This document shows positions 40,673 to 52,388 of a stretch of DNA of 64,000 nucleotides, one piece after another. Numbering within the stretch: the stretch's first letter is position 1; each line of letters starts with the position of its first letter. The DNA lies in NCBI GenBank assembly GCA_964016885.1, contig OZ024742.1, forward strand, positions 199,392,001 through 199,456,000, read 5' to 3'. Under the pieces are notes generated by a model that did no database searches, was not told the DNA's origin, and worked only from the letters and a program-made list of their open reading frames with translations. The position numbers and the translations under genes are program-made. The DNA is from Eledone cirrhosa (Eukaryota).

Positions 40673-41378
40673 CACAAAAACATCAAGCCTACACTGTAAA
40701 GTGGTTGTGTAGGTGTCATGACAAAAAGCACTCAGCCCACATTGTAAAGTGGTAGTGTAGGTGACACGATAAAAAGCACCCAGCCCACATTGTAAAGTGG
40801 TTGTGTAGGTGACACGATAAAAAGTTCCCAGCCCACATTGTAAAGTGGTTGTGTAGGTGACACGATAAAAAGTTCCCAGCCCACATTGTAAATTGGTAGT
40901 GTAGGTGTCACGACAAAAAGCACCCAGGCTACACTGTAAAGTGGTAGTGTAGGTGTCATAACAAAAAGCACCCAGCCCACATTGTAAAGTGGTAGTGTAG
41001 GTGACACGATAAAAAGCTCCCAGCCCACATTGTAAAGTGGTAGTGTAGGTGTCACGACAAAAAGCACCCAGGCTACACTGTAAAGTGGTTGTGTAGGTGT
41101 CATGACAAACAGCACTCAGCCCATTCTGTAAAGTGGTTGTGTAGGTGTCACGACAAAAAGCACCCAGCACACACTGTAAAGTGATTGTGTAGGAGAAATG
41201 GCAAAAAGCACCCAGCACACCCCGTAAATGTGGTTGGTGTTAGGAAGGGCATCCAGCGATAGAAACCAGTTTTATATGAGCAAGACACGGTCACCTGACC
41301 CAACTTGCCTCAAATGGGACAAACCCATCTAACCCATGCTAGCGTGGAAATTAAATCTTAAATGATGATGATGATGAT
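40673..41378 (+). repeat. 48-bp minisatellite (~11 units) within the 3' UTR of an RTE-type element ending in (GAT)n
   Basis: Unit acaaaaagcacccagcccacattgtaaagtggtagtgtaggtgtcacg; 16-aa periodicity in the ORF track. Confidence 0.85.
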
Positions 41379-41548
41379 ATGGTATTAAGTACTTATTCTC
41401 ATGATTGTCAATACAGCAGATCAAATTTTCTGACACAACGATACATTCTTAATCAAGTTCATGAAATATAACCCTGAGATGAGGTTCCTTCAGTGATCAA
41501 ATATTATCAACAAAATTCTTTATTTACATTGAATATTTATTTTTGTGA

Positions 41549-42090
41549 TACATACACACACACACACACACAACATACACATACTCACACACACACAGAC
41601 ACACACACAGCATACACATACTCATATACTCACACAGACACACACTCACACACTTACACACTCAGACACTGACACACACATTCATGCACATTCACGCACA
41701 CACACACACACAGATGCTCACACACATACATTCGCACACATGCACTCACAAACAGACACTCACACACGCACTTATACACACACACTCTCTCACACACACA
41801 CATACACACTGACACACACATACATACACATTCACACACACTCACACACACATACGCACATACACACACACACTTACACAACTCGCACACACACACTTAC
41901 ACACACACTCACACACTCACACACAAACTCACACATACACACCCACTCACATACACTCACACATACACACACACTCCCCCACACACACATACACTCACAG
42001 CCACACACACACACACTCACTCATGCACACTCACATACACACACACTCTCACACACAATCACACACACAATCACACACACACTCACAGAC
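41549..42090. repeat. Degenerate (CA)n microsatellite
   Basis: Seen directly. Confidence 0.95.
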
Positions 42091-42146
42091 AACATTATGA
42101 TCGTAAGTCCAACATCCTTACCACTAGGCTATGTGGCTCCACACAT

Positions 42147-42177
<31 letters not shown>

Positions 42178-42633
42178 AATAAAACACGAAAAAGATAGAT
42201 GGCATGTCAGACCTTGACTACTGGGGTCGACTAGAAAACTTGAAACTTTACTCACTCCAACGTCGCCGTGAGCGTTATATTATCTGCATGATGTGGAAAA
42301 TGTTCCATCATCACTGCCCAAATGATGTTGGCATCGCCTTCAAGATACACCCAAGGCTTGGGCCCCGTGCTATCCGTCCCATTCAAAAATCTAAATCGCA
42401 ACTCATAACAACAATACGGCACAATTATTTCACCTCAATCGGCCCTGCTCTCTTCAACATCACACCAGGACACGTCAAAACAGAAACTGACCACACAAAA
42501 TTCAAGAAGTCTTTGGACAAATTCCTCCAAGTAATCCCGGACAAACCACCCACACCCGGATATGTCTCCGCAAACAGTAATTCTCTTCTCGAATGGACCA
42601 TGGTGCCCAAATCCTGAATTGAAAGACTTCGCC

Positions 42634-42636
<3 letters not shown>
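42178..42636 (+). mobile_element. 3' fragment of a second CR1/L2-like LINE family
   Basis: [36 protein letters not shown]; related copy at 48200-48700. Confidence 0.85.
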
Positions 42637-42716
<80 letters not shown>

Positions 42717-42858
42717 TGTATGTATGTATGTATGTATGTATGTATGTATGTATGTATGTATGTATGTATGTATGTATGTATGTATGTATGTATGTATGTA
42801 TGTATGTATGTATGTATGTATGTATGTATGTATGTATGTACGTACATACATACATGCA
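42637..42858. repeat. (TA)n-(TATG)n microsatellite
   Basis: Seen directly. Confidence 0.97.
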
Positions 42859-42859
42859 T

Positions 42860-43200
42860 GGAGGCACATGGCTTAGTGGTTAGAGCATTGGCCTTGCAAT
42901 CGAAAGGTTGTGAGTTCAATTCTCAGACCGGGTGATGTGTTGTTTCCTTGAGCAAGACACTTTATTTCACATTGCTCCAGTTTACTCAGCTGTAGAAATG
43001 AGATGATAGGGACTGGGGTCTATATCATTCCACTGCAAAGTGGTCGTGGAGGTGCCATTGCAAAAAAGCACCCAGCACTCACTGTAAATGAGGTTGGTGT
43101 TAGGAAGGGCATCCAGCTGTAGAGATCAAGGCAGAATCAGTTCCCGTTCCACCCTTGCAAGCAGGGAAAAGCGGACGTAAAATGAAATGATGATGATGAT
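42860..43200 (+). mobile_element. Composite SINE: tRNA-derived head + core + RTE-type 3' tail
   Basis: A box TGGCTTAGTGG, B box GAGTTCAATTC, core ttccttgagcaagacacttt, tail ending in (GAT)n; full copy on the minus strand at ~61920-62263. Confidence 0.8.
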
Positions 43201-43239
43201 ACATACATACACACACACACATATATATATATATATACA

Positions 43240-43786
43240 CATGGTGGCTGCCAACTCGTTTTCGAGTACGGCCACTACTTTATATCCATGTAGGAGAACC
43301 CCTACCGATGCGCTGAACGAGTGTGACTTTTTAGTCCAGCCAGCGACCTGAAAACTCTGGTACAAACACTACACCTGTGACAATTATTGACACATAGTGC
43401 TGGGCCCTTGGTACCATGTGACGACAAGTGCAGAGAGATCTCCAGATATAAAGCAATGCCTGTGCCGTGAAGCTTTTATAGTGAGCAAAGGCACTGCACA
43501 AAGCCAGTCCCACTCTCTTAACCAAGATGATATTTACCAAAAAGAAGAACAAGTCAACATCATTGGATACCATCAGGGTTGCAGGTGTTTTCCTTCTCCT
43601 AGAATTCTGCTAAGGGGTCATCTCTCCCGGTGATTTTGGATGGCCATTGACTCTTAAGAGCTCCTTTGCCCTTTGACATGTTTTGTTTTTAGTCCTGCAG
43701 GATGTCCAAAGTCACCCTCCTCACTAAGAAACCTTGGTGGGGTTGCCAGTTTAGTCGCCAACGACCCGACCATGGGACAGGTTGTA
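43240..43786 (-). mobile_element. Non-autonomous RTE-derived element (~550 bp)
   Basis: 3' end encodes a relic C2H2 finger (CSVCTRVF.S.AGLKSH) and an RTE-like terminus; copies at 62301-62903 and 62937-63480. Confidence 0.75.
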
Positions 43787-44024
43787 CATATACATATACA
43801 TACACATATACACACATATATACATATATATATATATATACATACATATACATATATATACATATATATATATATACATATATATACATACATTTATATA
43901 TATACATATATATACATGCATTTATATATAAACATACATATACATACATATGTATATATATGCATGTATATGTATGTATACATATGTATATATATACATA
44001 CATACATATATATATATATTAATT

Positions 44025-44062
44025 GCCCTGATGAGTCCTTAATAGGACGAAACATTGTCGGC
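44025..44062 (+). ncRNA. Minimal type I hammerhead ribozyme (GUC triplet), Penelope-type remnant extending to ~44212
   Basis: GCC-CTGATGA-GTCC TTAATA GGAC-GAAAC ATT GTC|GGC has a complete core; flanked by (TA)n. Confidence 0.85.
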
Positions 44063-44209
44063 TAATAAAGACTTTTGATGTATTGAAGGCTTCTTTGTTT
44101 TACTCTCTTAATTTTTCGGCTCTGTTTAACTACATTGAGCTATACCTTTTACTGTCATTTCTATAATACGAAGAGGGTGTTTAACTCGAACACACTCCAG
44201 TATTTTAAC

Positions 44210-44291
<82 letters not shown>

Positions 44292-44479
44292 ATACATACA
44301 TATATATATATATACATATATATACATACATATGTATATATATGTATGTATATGTATGTATATATATGTATATATATACATACATACATATATATATATA
44401 TATACATACATATATATATACATAGATATATATATATATACATACATATATATATACATAGATATATATATATACATAC

Positions 44480-44514
<35 letters not shown>

Positions 44515-44544
44515 CATACATACATATATATATATACATACATA

Positions 44545-44735
44545 TAGGAACGAGTAGGACCCCGACGGCTGAGCTCAAGCCGTTTCGACGGCTAATTCTG
44601 TCCAGAATTAGCCGTCGAAATGGCTTGAGCTCAGCCGTCGCAGTCCTACTCGTTCCTATTACCCACTTTACTACCCTAAGTATTGAGTACTTTGGTGCGT
44701 TATGGTCCACCTGGTTCCTTACCAGATTTCCTCCG

Positions 44736-44738
<3 letters not shown>
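44545..44738. mobile_element. Miniature inverted remnant of the Penelope family at 49-54 kb (56-bp arms + 80-bp tail)
   Basis: Palindrome 44545-44658 matches the 3' half of the pLTR hammerhead; tail matches 53841-53920. Confidence 0.88.
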
Positions 44739-44771
<33 letters not shown>

Positions 44772-44928
44772 ACATACATACATAAATATACATACATACA
44801 TATATATATATATACATACATATGATGGCTGCCCCCTCGTTATCGAGTAAGGCCATTGCACGAGGAGAAAAAAAAAAGAAAAAAGAAAAAAAGAAAAAAA
44901 GAAAAAAAGAAAAAAAGAAAAAAAAAAG

Positions 44929-44979
<51 letters not shown>

Positions 44980-45167
44980 TACATACATACATACATACAT
45001 ACATACATACACACATATATATATACATACACACATATACATTAATAACAATAATAATAATAATAATAACGACAACAACAATAATAATAATATACATATA
45101 CATATATATATACACACGCACGCACACACATAAACATATCTATACACACACACACACACGATAGCAA

Positions 45168-48000
45168 CTAACAGCGCTGCGATCGAATGTGGCTTTTTAG
45201 CCCAGCCAATGATCTAAAATGTCTTGCACAGAGTCGGCAACCAAAACATTCACTGGGAATAATCGGCTGTGGTTGGAGTTCATGTACTTTTGCATGTCGC
45301 TTGAGCCTTCCTGCTGATTTACATTCTCTATCACATGTTTGGCAAGCATGATGAGTAGCATCTCCAACAGCAGCCTGGTAGTCAACCACTGGTCTTACTT
45401 TATGACTGCGAAGATGACTTTCGAGTCCAGCTTTGCTTAGGCAGAGTCTCGCACAGACGCTGCATGTCAGCACCATAGGAGGACCCTCGCCGTCTGCAAG
45501 TGCAACAGCAATGCCCTTCCTCACATCCCGCTTTACTTTCTCGTATGCGATTCGAGATGCCTCAAAGGCAACTTTTCCCTCATATACAGTCTTTCTCCAT
45601 TTATTACGATCAGCAGCAATATTTTCCCATGTATCAGCAGAGATGTTAGCGTCTTTCAAAGAGGCTTTCAAGGAATCCTTATACCTCTTTTTTGGTTTAT
45701 GTGGCGGTCGTTTTCCTTTAACCAACTCTCCATAAAAGAGTTGTTTTGGTATTCTAGAATCCTTCATCCTGGCAAGGTGACCACTCCAATGGAGTCGTTG
45801 CTTAAGCACAAGAGCTTCTATACTGTCACACATAGAGCTTTCCAAAATCTCGACATCACTGATGTGGTCCCTCCAGTGAACGCCATGGATCCGTCTGAGA
45901 CACATCTGATGGAAACGCTCCAATTGCTTAAGGTGGTGTCGATATGTGACCCAGGTCTCGCAGGCATAAAGAAGATAAGAGAGCACATATGCCTTGTACA
46001 CCTTTACCTTTGTCCTCCTGCATATGTCTCGCCGACCCCAGAGTCGCCTTTCTAGCTTTCCGAAAGCATCACTTGCTTTCCTAATTCTAAGTGAGATTTC
46101 ACTGTCAAGGTTGCTGTATCGATTGACAGTGCTTCCCAGGTAGACAAATTGATCAACCACTCCAAGTCGTTTACCATACACATAGATATTTGGTTCAGTG
46201 TACTGCTTACCAGGGGCAGGTTGGTACATGACGACGGTTTTCTTGAGACTGACAGTCAATCATAGGGCAGTGCAAGCGTCAGAAAATGCATTCAAAATGT
46301 GCTGCATATCACTCTCTGTGTGCGCTACAAGATCACAATCATCTGCATACAAGAGGTCTCTTATGATTGATGTAAATACTTTTGTCTTTGTAGCAAAGCG
46401 CCTGATGTTAAATATGCTGCCTGAGGTTCGATATCGGATGTAAATACCATGCTCGCAATTCTTGAATGCAATACAGAAAACCATTGCAGAAAACCATTGC
46501 CGTATTATAGAAATGACAATATCCCCCCGTTTCACTCCATTTTTTACTGAGATAGGCTCCGACATGTTACCTCTGACATTAACCCAAGCTTTCATGTCAT
46601 CATAGAAAGACCTAACTAAAGCAAGGAACTTATCAGGGCAACCAAGTTTCTGGAGAACCTTCCATAATGCATCTCTGTTAACAGTATCGAAAGCTTTTGT
46701 CAGATCGACAAAAACCTGATACAGATCCAAACCTTGTTCCATGCACTTCTCCTGGAGCTGTCCAGCTGAGAAGATCATATCAGTAGTGCCGCGTCCAGCA
46801 TGAAAACGAGATTGACTTTCAGGAAGAACACAATCTGCAATGTGTGTCAGCAGACGGTCCAGAAGCACCCTGCATAAAACTTTCCCTTCGATAGAAAGCA
46901 ATGATATACCTCTGTAGTTCCCACAATCATTCCTGTTACCCTTTCCCTTGTACTTGTACAAGACCACCATTACTGCATCTCTCCAGTCCTCAGGTACGGA
47001 TTCATTAGCCCATATCCCGCCAAACAAAGAGTGAAGATGTTGCAGGAGTCTCTCACCACCATATTGTAGGAGCTCAGCATGTATGCCATCCATACCTGGA
47101 GACCTTCCACTGTTCAGCTTCGAGATAACCACTGCATCCTCCACAAGCATCGGAGGTTCTGCGAGAGCTACTTTCACAGGACTTTCTGGAATGATATTGA
47201 GGAAATCTTCACTGACGACAGATGGCTGATTCAAAAGATTATCAAAGTGCTCTCGCCACCTTCGTAGAATTCCTTGTGAGTCACGAAGAAGTTCTTTGCC
47301 ATCCTTGCTGCGAAGCGGTGTCACCAGAGAAGAAGACGGTCCATAAACCTCACGCAAGAGACTGTACAACAGCTTTGTGTTATTGGAATCTGACGCAGTT
47401 TGTATCTCACCAGCCTTCTCACTCCACCACTGATCCTTCATCTGAGAAAGACTCCGCCTAACACGTGATTTTACATCCTTGAGTTCCTCATGCAACGTAT
47501 TCCTCTCCTGTGGTTTTGCCGTCAAGTAGCGTGACAGAGCACGCCTCTTATCAGCCAACAAGTCTTCTATATGTACATCATTCTCATATAACCAGTCCTG
47601 ATGTTTTCTCTGCACCAATCCCAGAACACGCATGCCTACATCATAAACCGACTTTTTAAGGGTCGGCCAATCCTCACCAAGATCTGCAGCCTGCATCTAT
47701 TCTTCCAATTTCCTCTTCACATTTTTATCCTTAAGATGAGCAGCATTCAATATTTTGGGCAGGGCAACACCAGGAGCCCGGATTTTACGTTTAGTGATTA
47801 GTTTCACTTTTGCGCGTACCAGGCGGTGGTCCGTCCAGCACTCAGCTCCACAAAGAACACGAACACACTGCACATCCTGTCTGTCACGCATCCTGACTAG
47901 GACGTAGTCCAAAAGATGCCATTCCTTAGATGCAGGATGCATCCATGTGGTCTTGAATTTGTTCTTTTGTTGGAACATGGTGTTGGTAACACACAGATCC
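45168..48000 (-). mobile_element. 5'-truncated RTE (BovB-like) LINE: end of APE domain, RT, C-terminal C2H2 fingers; two in-frame stops
   Basis: [46 protein letters not shown]. The three ORF-track ORFs share one frame, split by stops at 47697 and 46260. Probable 3' terminus displaced to ~44822-44862 by microsatellites. Confidence 0.95.
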
Positions 48001-48014
48001 ATACATATATATAC

Positions 48015-48059
<45 letters not shown>

Positions 48060-48078
48060 CATATATACATATATATAC

Positions 48079-48111
<33 letters not shown>

Positions 48112-48199
48112 CATATATACACACCTTGAATACTGTTGTCCACTGTGGTCACCCCATACGAAACAAAGTATCATGAAAGTTGAAGCACCCCAAAGGTCA

Positions 48200-48700
48200 A
48201 GTACAAAAAAGATAGATGGAATGACAGACCTTGACTATTGGGGTCGATTAGAAAAGCTCAAACTTTATTCTCTTCAATGTCGCCGTGAGCGTTACATTAT
48301 CTGTATGATGTGGAAAATATTCCATCAGCTTAGCCCAAATGATGTTGGCATCACCTTTAGTGTACACCCAAGGCTTGGGCCCCGTGCTATCCGCCCGCGA
48401 CAAAAATCTCACTCGCATCACATAACAACAATACGGCACAATTATTTCATCTCAATTGGCCCTGCACTCTTTAACATTACACCAAGACACATCAAAGCAG
48501 AGACAGACCCCATCAAGTTCAAGAAGTCTTTGGATAAATTCCTTCAAGAAATCCCGGATAAGCCTCCTACACCCGGATATGCCTCCGTAAACAATAACTC
48601 TCTGCTCGAGTGTAACACTGATTTGTAAGACTTCGCCAGATGGTGCTATTAAGTTAGACATGGCCTGGGCCAATACTGGCCGAAATTTATCAAAGTTATA
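48200..48700 (+). mobile_element. 3' fragment of CR1/L2-like LINE (same family as 42178-42636)
   Basis: LDYWGRLEKLKLYSLQCRRERYII. Confidence 0.85.
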
Positions 48701-48778
48701 CATATATATATATATATCATCATCATCATCACCATCGCTCAACGTCCATCTTCCACGCCTGCATGGGTATATATATAT

Positions 48779-49030
48779 ATGATGGATGCCCCCTCGTTAT
48801 CGAGTATGGCCATTGCACGATATACCATTATTAATAATAATTAATTAATTCTATCGTGCAATACCTGTGCGTGAAGATATTTTTAAAGTGAAGAAAGACT
48901 GTGCACTGAACCAATCCCACTCTCTGAGCGACAGTAGCTATAACCCGAAAAGAAGAAAAGATCAACAACAGCGGTTACTGAGCGGCAGGTTTTATAGGAG
49001 AAGGCAACTTAGGAAACTGGGATAACTGAT
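48779..49030 (-). mobile_element. Short RTE-related remnant
   Basis: Shares the RTE terminal motif gccccctcgttatcgagta.ggccattgcacga with 44822-44862. Confidence 0.55.
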
Positions 49031-49039
49031 ATATATATA

Positions 49040-49113
<74 letters not shown>

Positions 49114-49123
49114 AACCAGTAAG

Positions 49124-49217
49124 ACCCCGACAGCTGAGCTCAAGCCGTTTCGACGGCTAATTCTGGACTAAATGAAAATTTATCCTGGTATTTAAATAGC
49201 CGATCTTCTCAAGGGGT
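49124..49217 (-). ncRNA. Type I hammerhead ribozyme, U3:A8 core variant, GUC triplet
   Basis: ACCCC-TTGAGAA-GATCGGCTATTT..AATTAGCCGTC-GAAA-CGGCT TGAGCTC AGCTG-TC|GGGGT. Confidence 0.8.
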
Positions 49218-50346
49218 AATTCCATATATGGTCAAAGTGATTGTCAAAAATCAGTAGTAATTCTGTGGTTGCAAATTAGTAGGGGAGATGGTGGCTAAAC
49301 CTGCCAGTAGGAGAAAGAGGGGAGGGGTGGAGTAGACCCAATCAAGCGTTGGTAGTGCCAGCTACAGCTGGGCATGAGGTCAAAGAAGATACAGGGGAGG
49401 GGGAGGGGGAGGAGGTCGGAACGGTAGGTAGAACAATGGGGGGTAGAAATAGGAAAGAAAAAATACTGAGAGTGAAGAAAAGCAAATAAGTGTAAAGAAA
49501 AAAGTAAAGTAAATTAAATTCTACGACCTAGGTGTCAGGCTATTGTTAGGCGAGAATAAAATAAAGAAAGAAAGAAAGAAGTAAATAAATAAATAAATAA
49601 ATAAATAAGGAAATAAGTAAGAGAACTAGGTGGGACGGATAAGGCAAGGACCCTTTTAAGAGGTATAAGTACGTAAATGATACGGTGACGGGTCAACAAA
49701 AGGGGCCAAAATACTAAAGAGACTACCACGAAATAAACAATAAAGGTTTCCATCCCGGGCCAGCAACGACCCAGTGCAGCAAAGTGAACTTGTACGAGAT
49801 AATAATTCTGAGTCCCGAGAAAAATATATACTAATGCTAACTCTAAAAGATCTAAAACAAGCTACATGAAAGTTCGTACGAAATAAAGGTAGAATACGGA
49901 GAAATAAATTCAGAATCCACCCCGCCCAGAAGAAAAGCGAAGCAAGAAATACTGAAACGAAAAAATAAGGCATGTGCCACTAAGAAATATAGAGGGCACA
50001 GAGAATAGTGGGAGCGGTCGGAAAAAGGGGGAAAATATCCGGGGTCTAAGCCAACTGCTATAAAGGGCGGAGTCCGCCAAATCTATCAAAGGCTAGGGGA
50101 GGGGGGGGGGGGGTACTAAGGCTACATGGGGCCAAAGGGCAGCCTCGGGTGGGCGAGAAAAGACGCCGACAAAGGAGAAGAGCTGGGGTAGAAGGACAAA
50201 GGAGAGAGGGGGGAAGGAAATAAAGGAAGCGATAAAAGAATACAAAGAAGATCTTACGTCTTCCTTGGCAAGCAGGGGTTACCCATTGCAAAATCGGCAA
50301 CTGGGGTGTTATAGCCCTAGTCTACCCCCCCCGGGTCATTATGGGG

Positions 50347-52388
50347 TTAGAGGGCGAGGTAAGTCCTACGCAATCTATGTTTACATGCAGTAACCAGTTC
50401 ATCTTTCTTGTTTAGGAGTTGGTCCGTCGAAAACAGCATTTGTAAAGTTTCCTCCGAGCATAAATTGCACGGACGGCGTCCTCCCGTGGAAGAATTGGCT
50501 CTGGACAGTAATCTCCAAGTGAGATCATAGGTGATGTTGTTGTCCTTGAGGTCCCATATGTGGCCCGAAAGTGTAGTGGCGTGACGCCGGGCCGGGTTTC
50601 GGAAGGTATGTCTATGTTGGTATAGCCGGGTCTTGAAGTCACATGCGGTAAGTCCTATATAGGCTTTGTTGGAGGTATCCGTCCTCACGTTGCACTGGTA
50701 GATCACATTACGGTCTCTGCATCTATTGTCGAGTGGGCAAATAGATCTATCCGGGCAGTTACACCTCCTTGTCGGTTCTCCACTGCTAATTAGGTTATTT
50801 GTGCCATCGGGGTTGAGTTTTTTGTTGTTAGAGGAGACGATGTTTTGTGCGAAGTTTGGTGTAGTGCTGTAAGAGAGTTTGATGGTATTTTTGTTAATTA
50901 TGTTGTGGTAGCGGTGTTGTAATGGGAAGTGTTTTTCAATGAGCCTAAAGAATAGTTTCCCGATGGGAGTAGTCACCTCTGCGTTGTGGGGAGGATTGAA
51001 CCATGTTACATTGCGTGAGCGGCGGTGTCTCCTGCTGGTTCCGCTAATGGGAGCTGGACAGTAGGATATTTCCTCCCGGAAACCACTCCGCTTGAGGGCC
51101 TGGTTGTAATAAGGCGCATGTTCATCGAATATCCGCTCATTAGCTGACAAACGGGATATGCGGAGGGAGATGTTTTTGACCAGGTTGTTTGTGATGTTCC
51201 TAGGATGGTTAGATCGGCGGTGGATGTAGTGCAGATTGTCATTAGGTTTCCTGTATGGGTAGTACAGGTCGTTTTCGAGGTCGAGGGTTACGTCCAGGAA
51301 GTTTACTCGGGTCAGGGACGTTTGTAGGGTTATTTTAAATCCCCAGTCGCGGAAGAATCTGATTAATTGTTTCCGGACCCGATCTGTACTACTGGGGTTG
51401 TACCCTTTAAGGGTAAGGAGCCCATCATCACGGTACAATCCACCACCGAATGCAGGAAACATATCAGTGAGTTTGGCTATTAGGAATAATCCTATAAGAT
51501 CAGTGACCTCCGCCGAATCCGTGGCGCCCATGCTGACGTCGAAGGGTGAGTCGGGAGCTCATTTTATCCATTTAGAGTCGTCAAAGAGTAAGACTGTCTT
51601 CCTGGCGTGGAGGATGATTTTTCTTTCCTGGTCGGTGATGGGCACGAGTGTTTCGGCGAAGTCCAAGGCGGCAGTAAGTAGCGGTAAGGTGATTGAAGCA
51701 TAGTAGCTCTCTATGTCGAACTGTATGAATTTAGTTTCTCGTTTATCCTCCATATTGCTGAACCAGGAGATTACTTCCTGGGTGTTGATCCATAGGCTAA
51801 GTCGGGTGTGTTGCTTGACTTTTGGTATCACGCGGTCTAGGATTTTTTTGCTGATTCTCCCTATGTCGGACTTCGTTGGGTTAATAAGCCTGATGGAGGG
51901 TTTACGGTCAAAATCGGATTTATGGTCCTTCAGTGTGAAGTATGGTGTCCGTGGGTCTAGAGGTTCCGTGCGGTCGGCGACCCCGAGGCTGGAGGTGATT
52001 TGTTGTCCATCTCGATTTATGTCCTCGATACAAGAGTGGTTGGCCTTTTTATAGGTGGAGTTTAGGCTGCTCCTGATCAGTGTGTGGTATCTGTCAGGGT
52101 TGACAAAGTATAGGTTCCCAGTTTTATCCGAATGCACCATGATGTCATTTGTGTTATCATACTCTGTTAAGTTGCTACGGAGTTTTTGTAGGAATCGGTT
52201 GTGTCTGGGTTTAAATTTAATGTTCTTGACCAGTTGGAAGAGGTCATTCTCGAAGGGTGCGAGCAAGGGGTTCAGGGGCGGAGATTTGTAGGTAATAAAT
52301 CCGAATCTCTCCTTGGTGCCGAAGTCTTGGTTGTCGCAATATCTGTCATAGAAAAAAGTTCTCCATCTAAGTCTTTTCGCAAATAGAT
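50347..52388 (-). pseudogene. Penelope RT-GIY-YIG ORF, N-terminus truncated, single in-frame TGA at 51559-51561
   Basis: KRLRWRTFF, DKTGN, RLINP, FDIESYY, FDVSMGATDSAEV, LYRDDGL, FLDVTLDL, CNC..CPL..C, NVIY..YIG, CNLC.EE; both ORF-track pieces are in one frame. Confidence 0.93.

Noticed and set aside
42860-42935. tRNA-like sequence with A and B boxes
   Set aside because: No proper acceptor stem, and it continues into a SINE core; it is a SINE head.
41545-45164. His/Thr- and Tyr/Ile-rich ORFs (also at 47.9-48.2, 53.8-54.4, 56.2-56.8 and 63.4-63.7 kb)
   Set aside because: Translations of (CA)n, (TA)n and (TATG)n microsatellites.
49535-50300. ORFs in the Penelope 3' UTR arms, mirrored at 52648-53414
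   Set aside because: Low-complexity pyrimidine-rich UTR with no motifs; duplicated only because of the inverted repeat.
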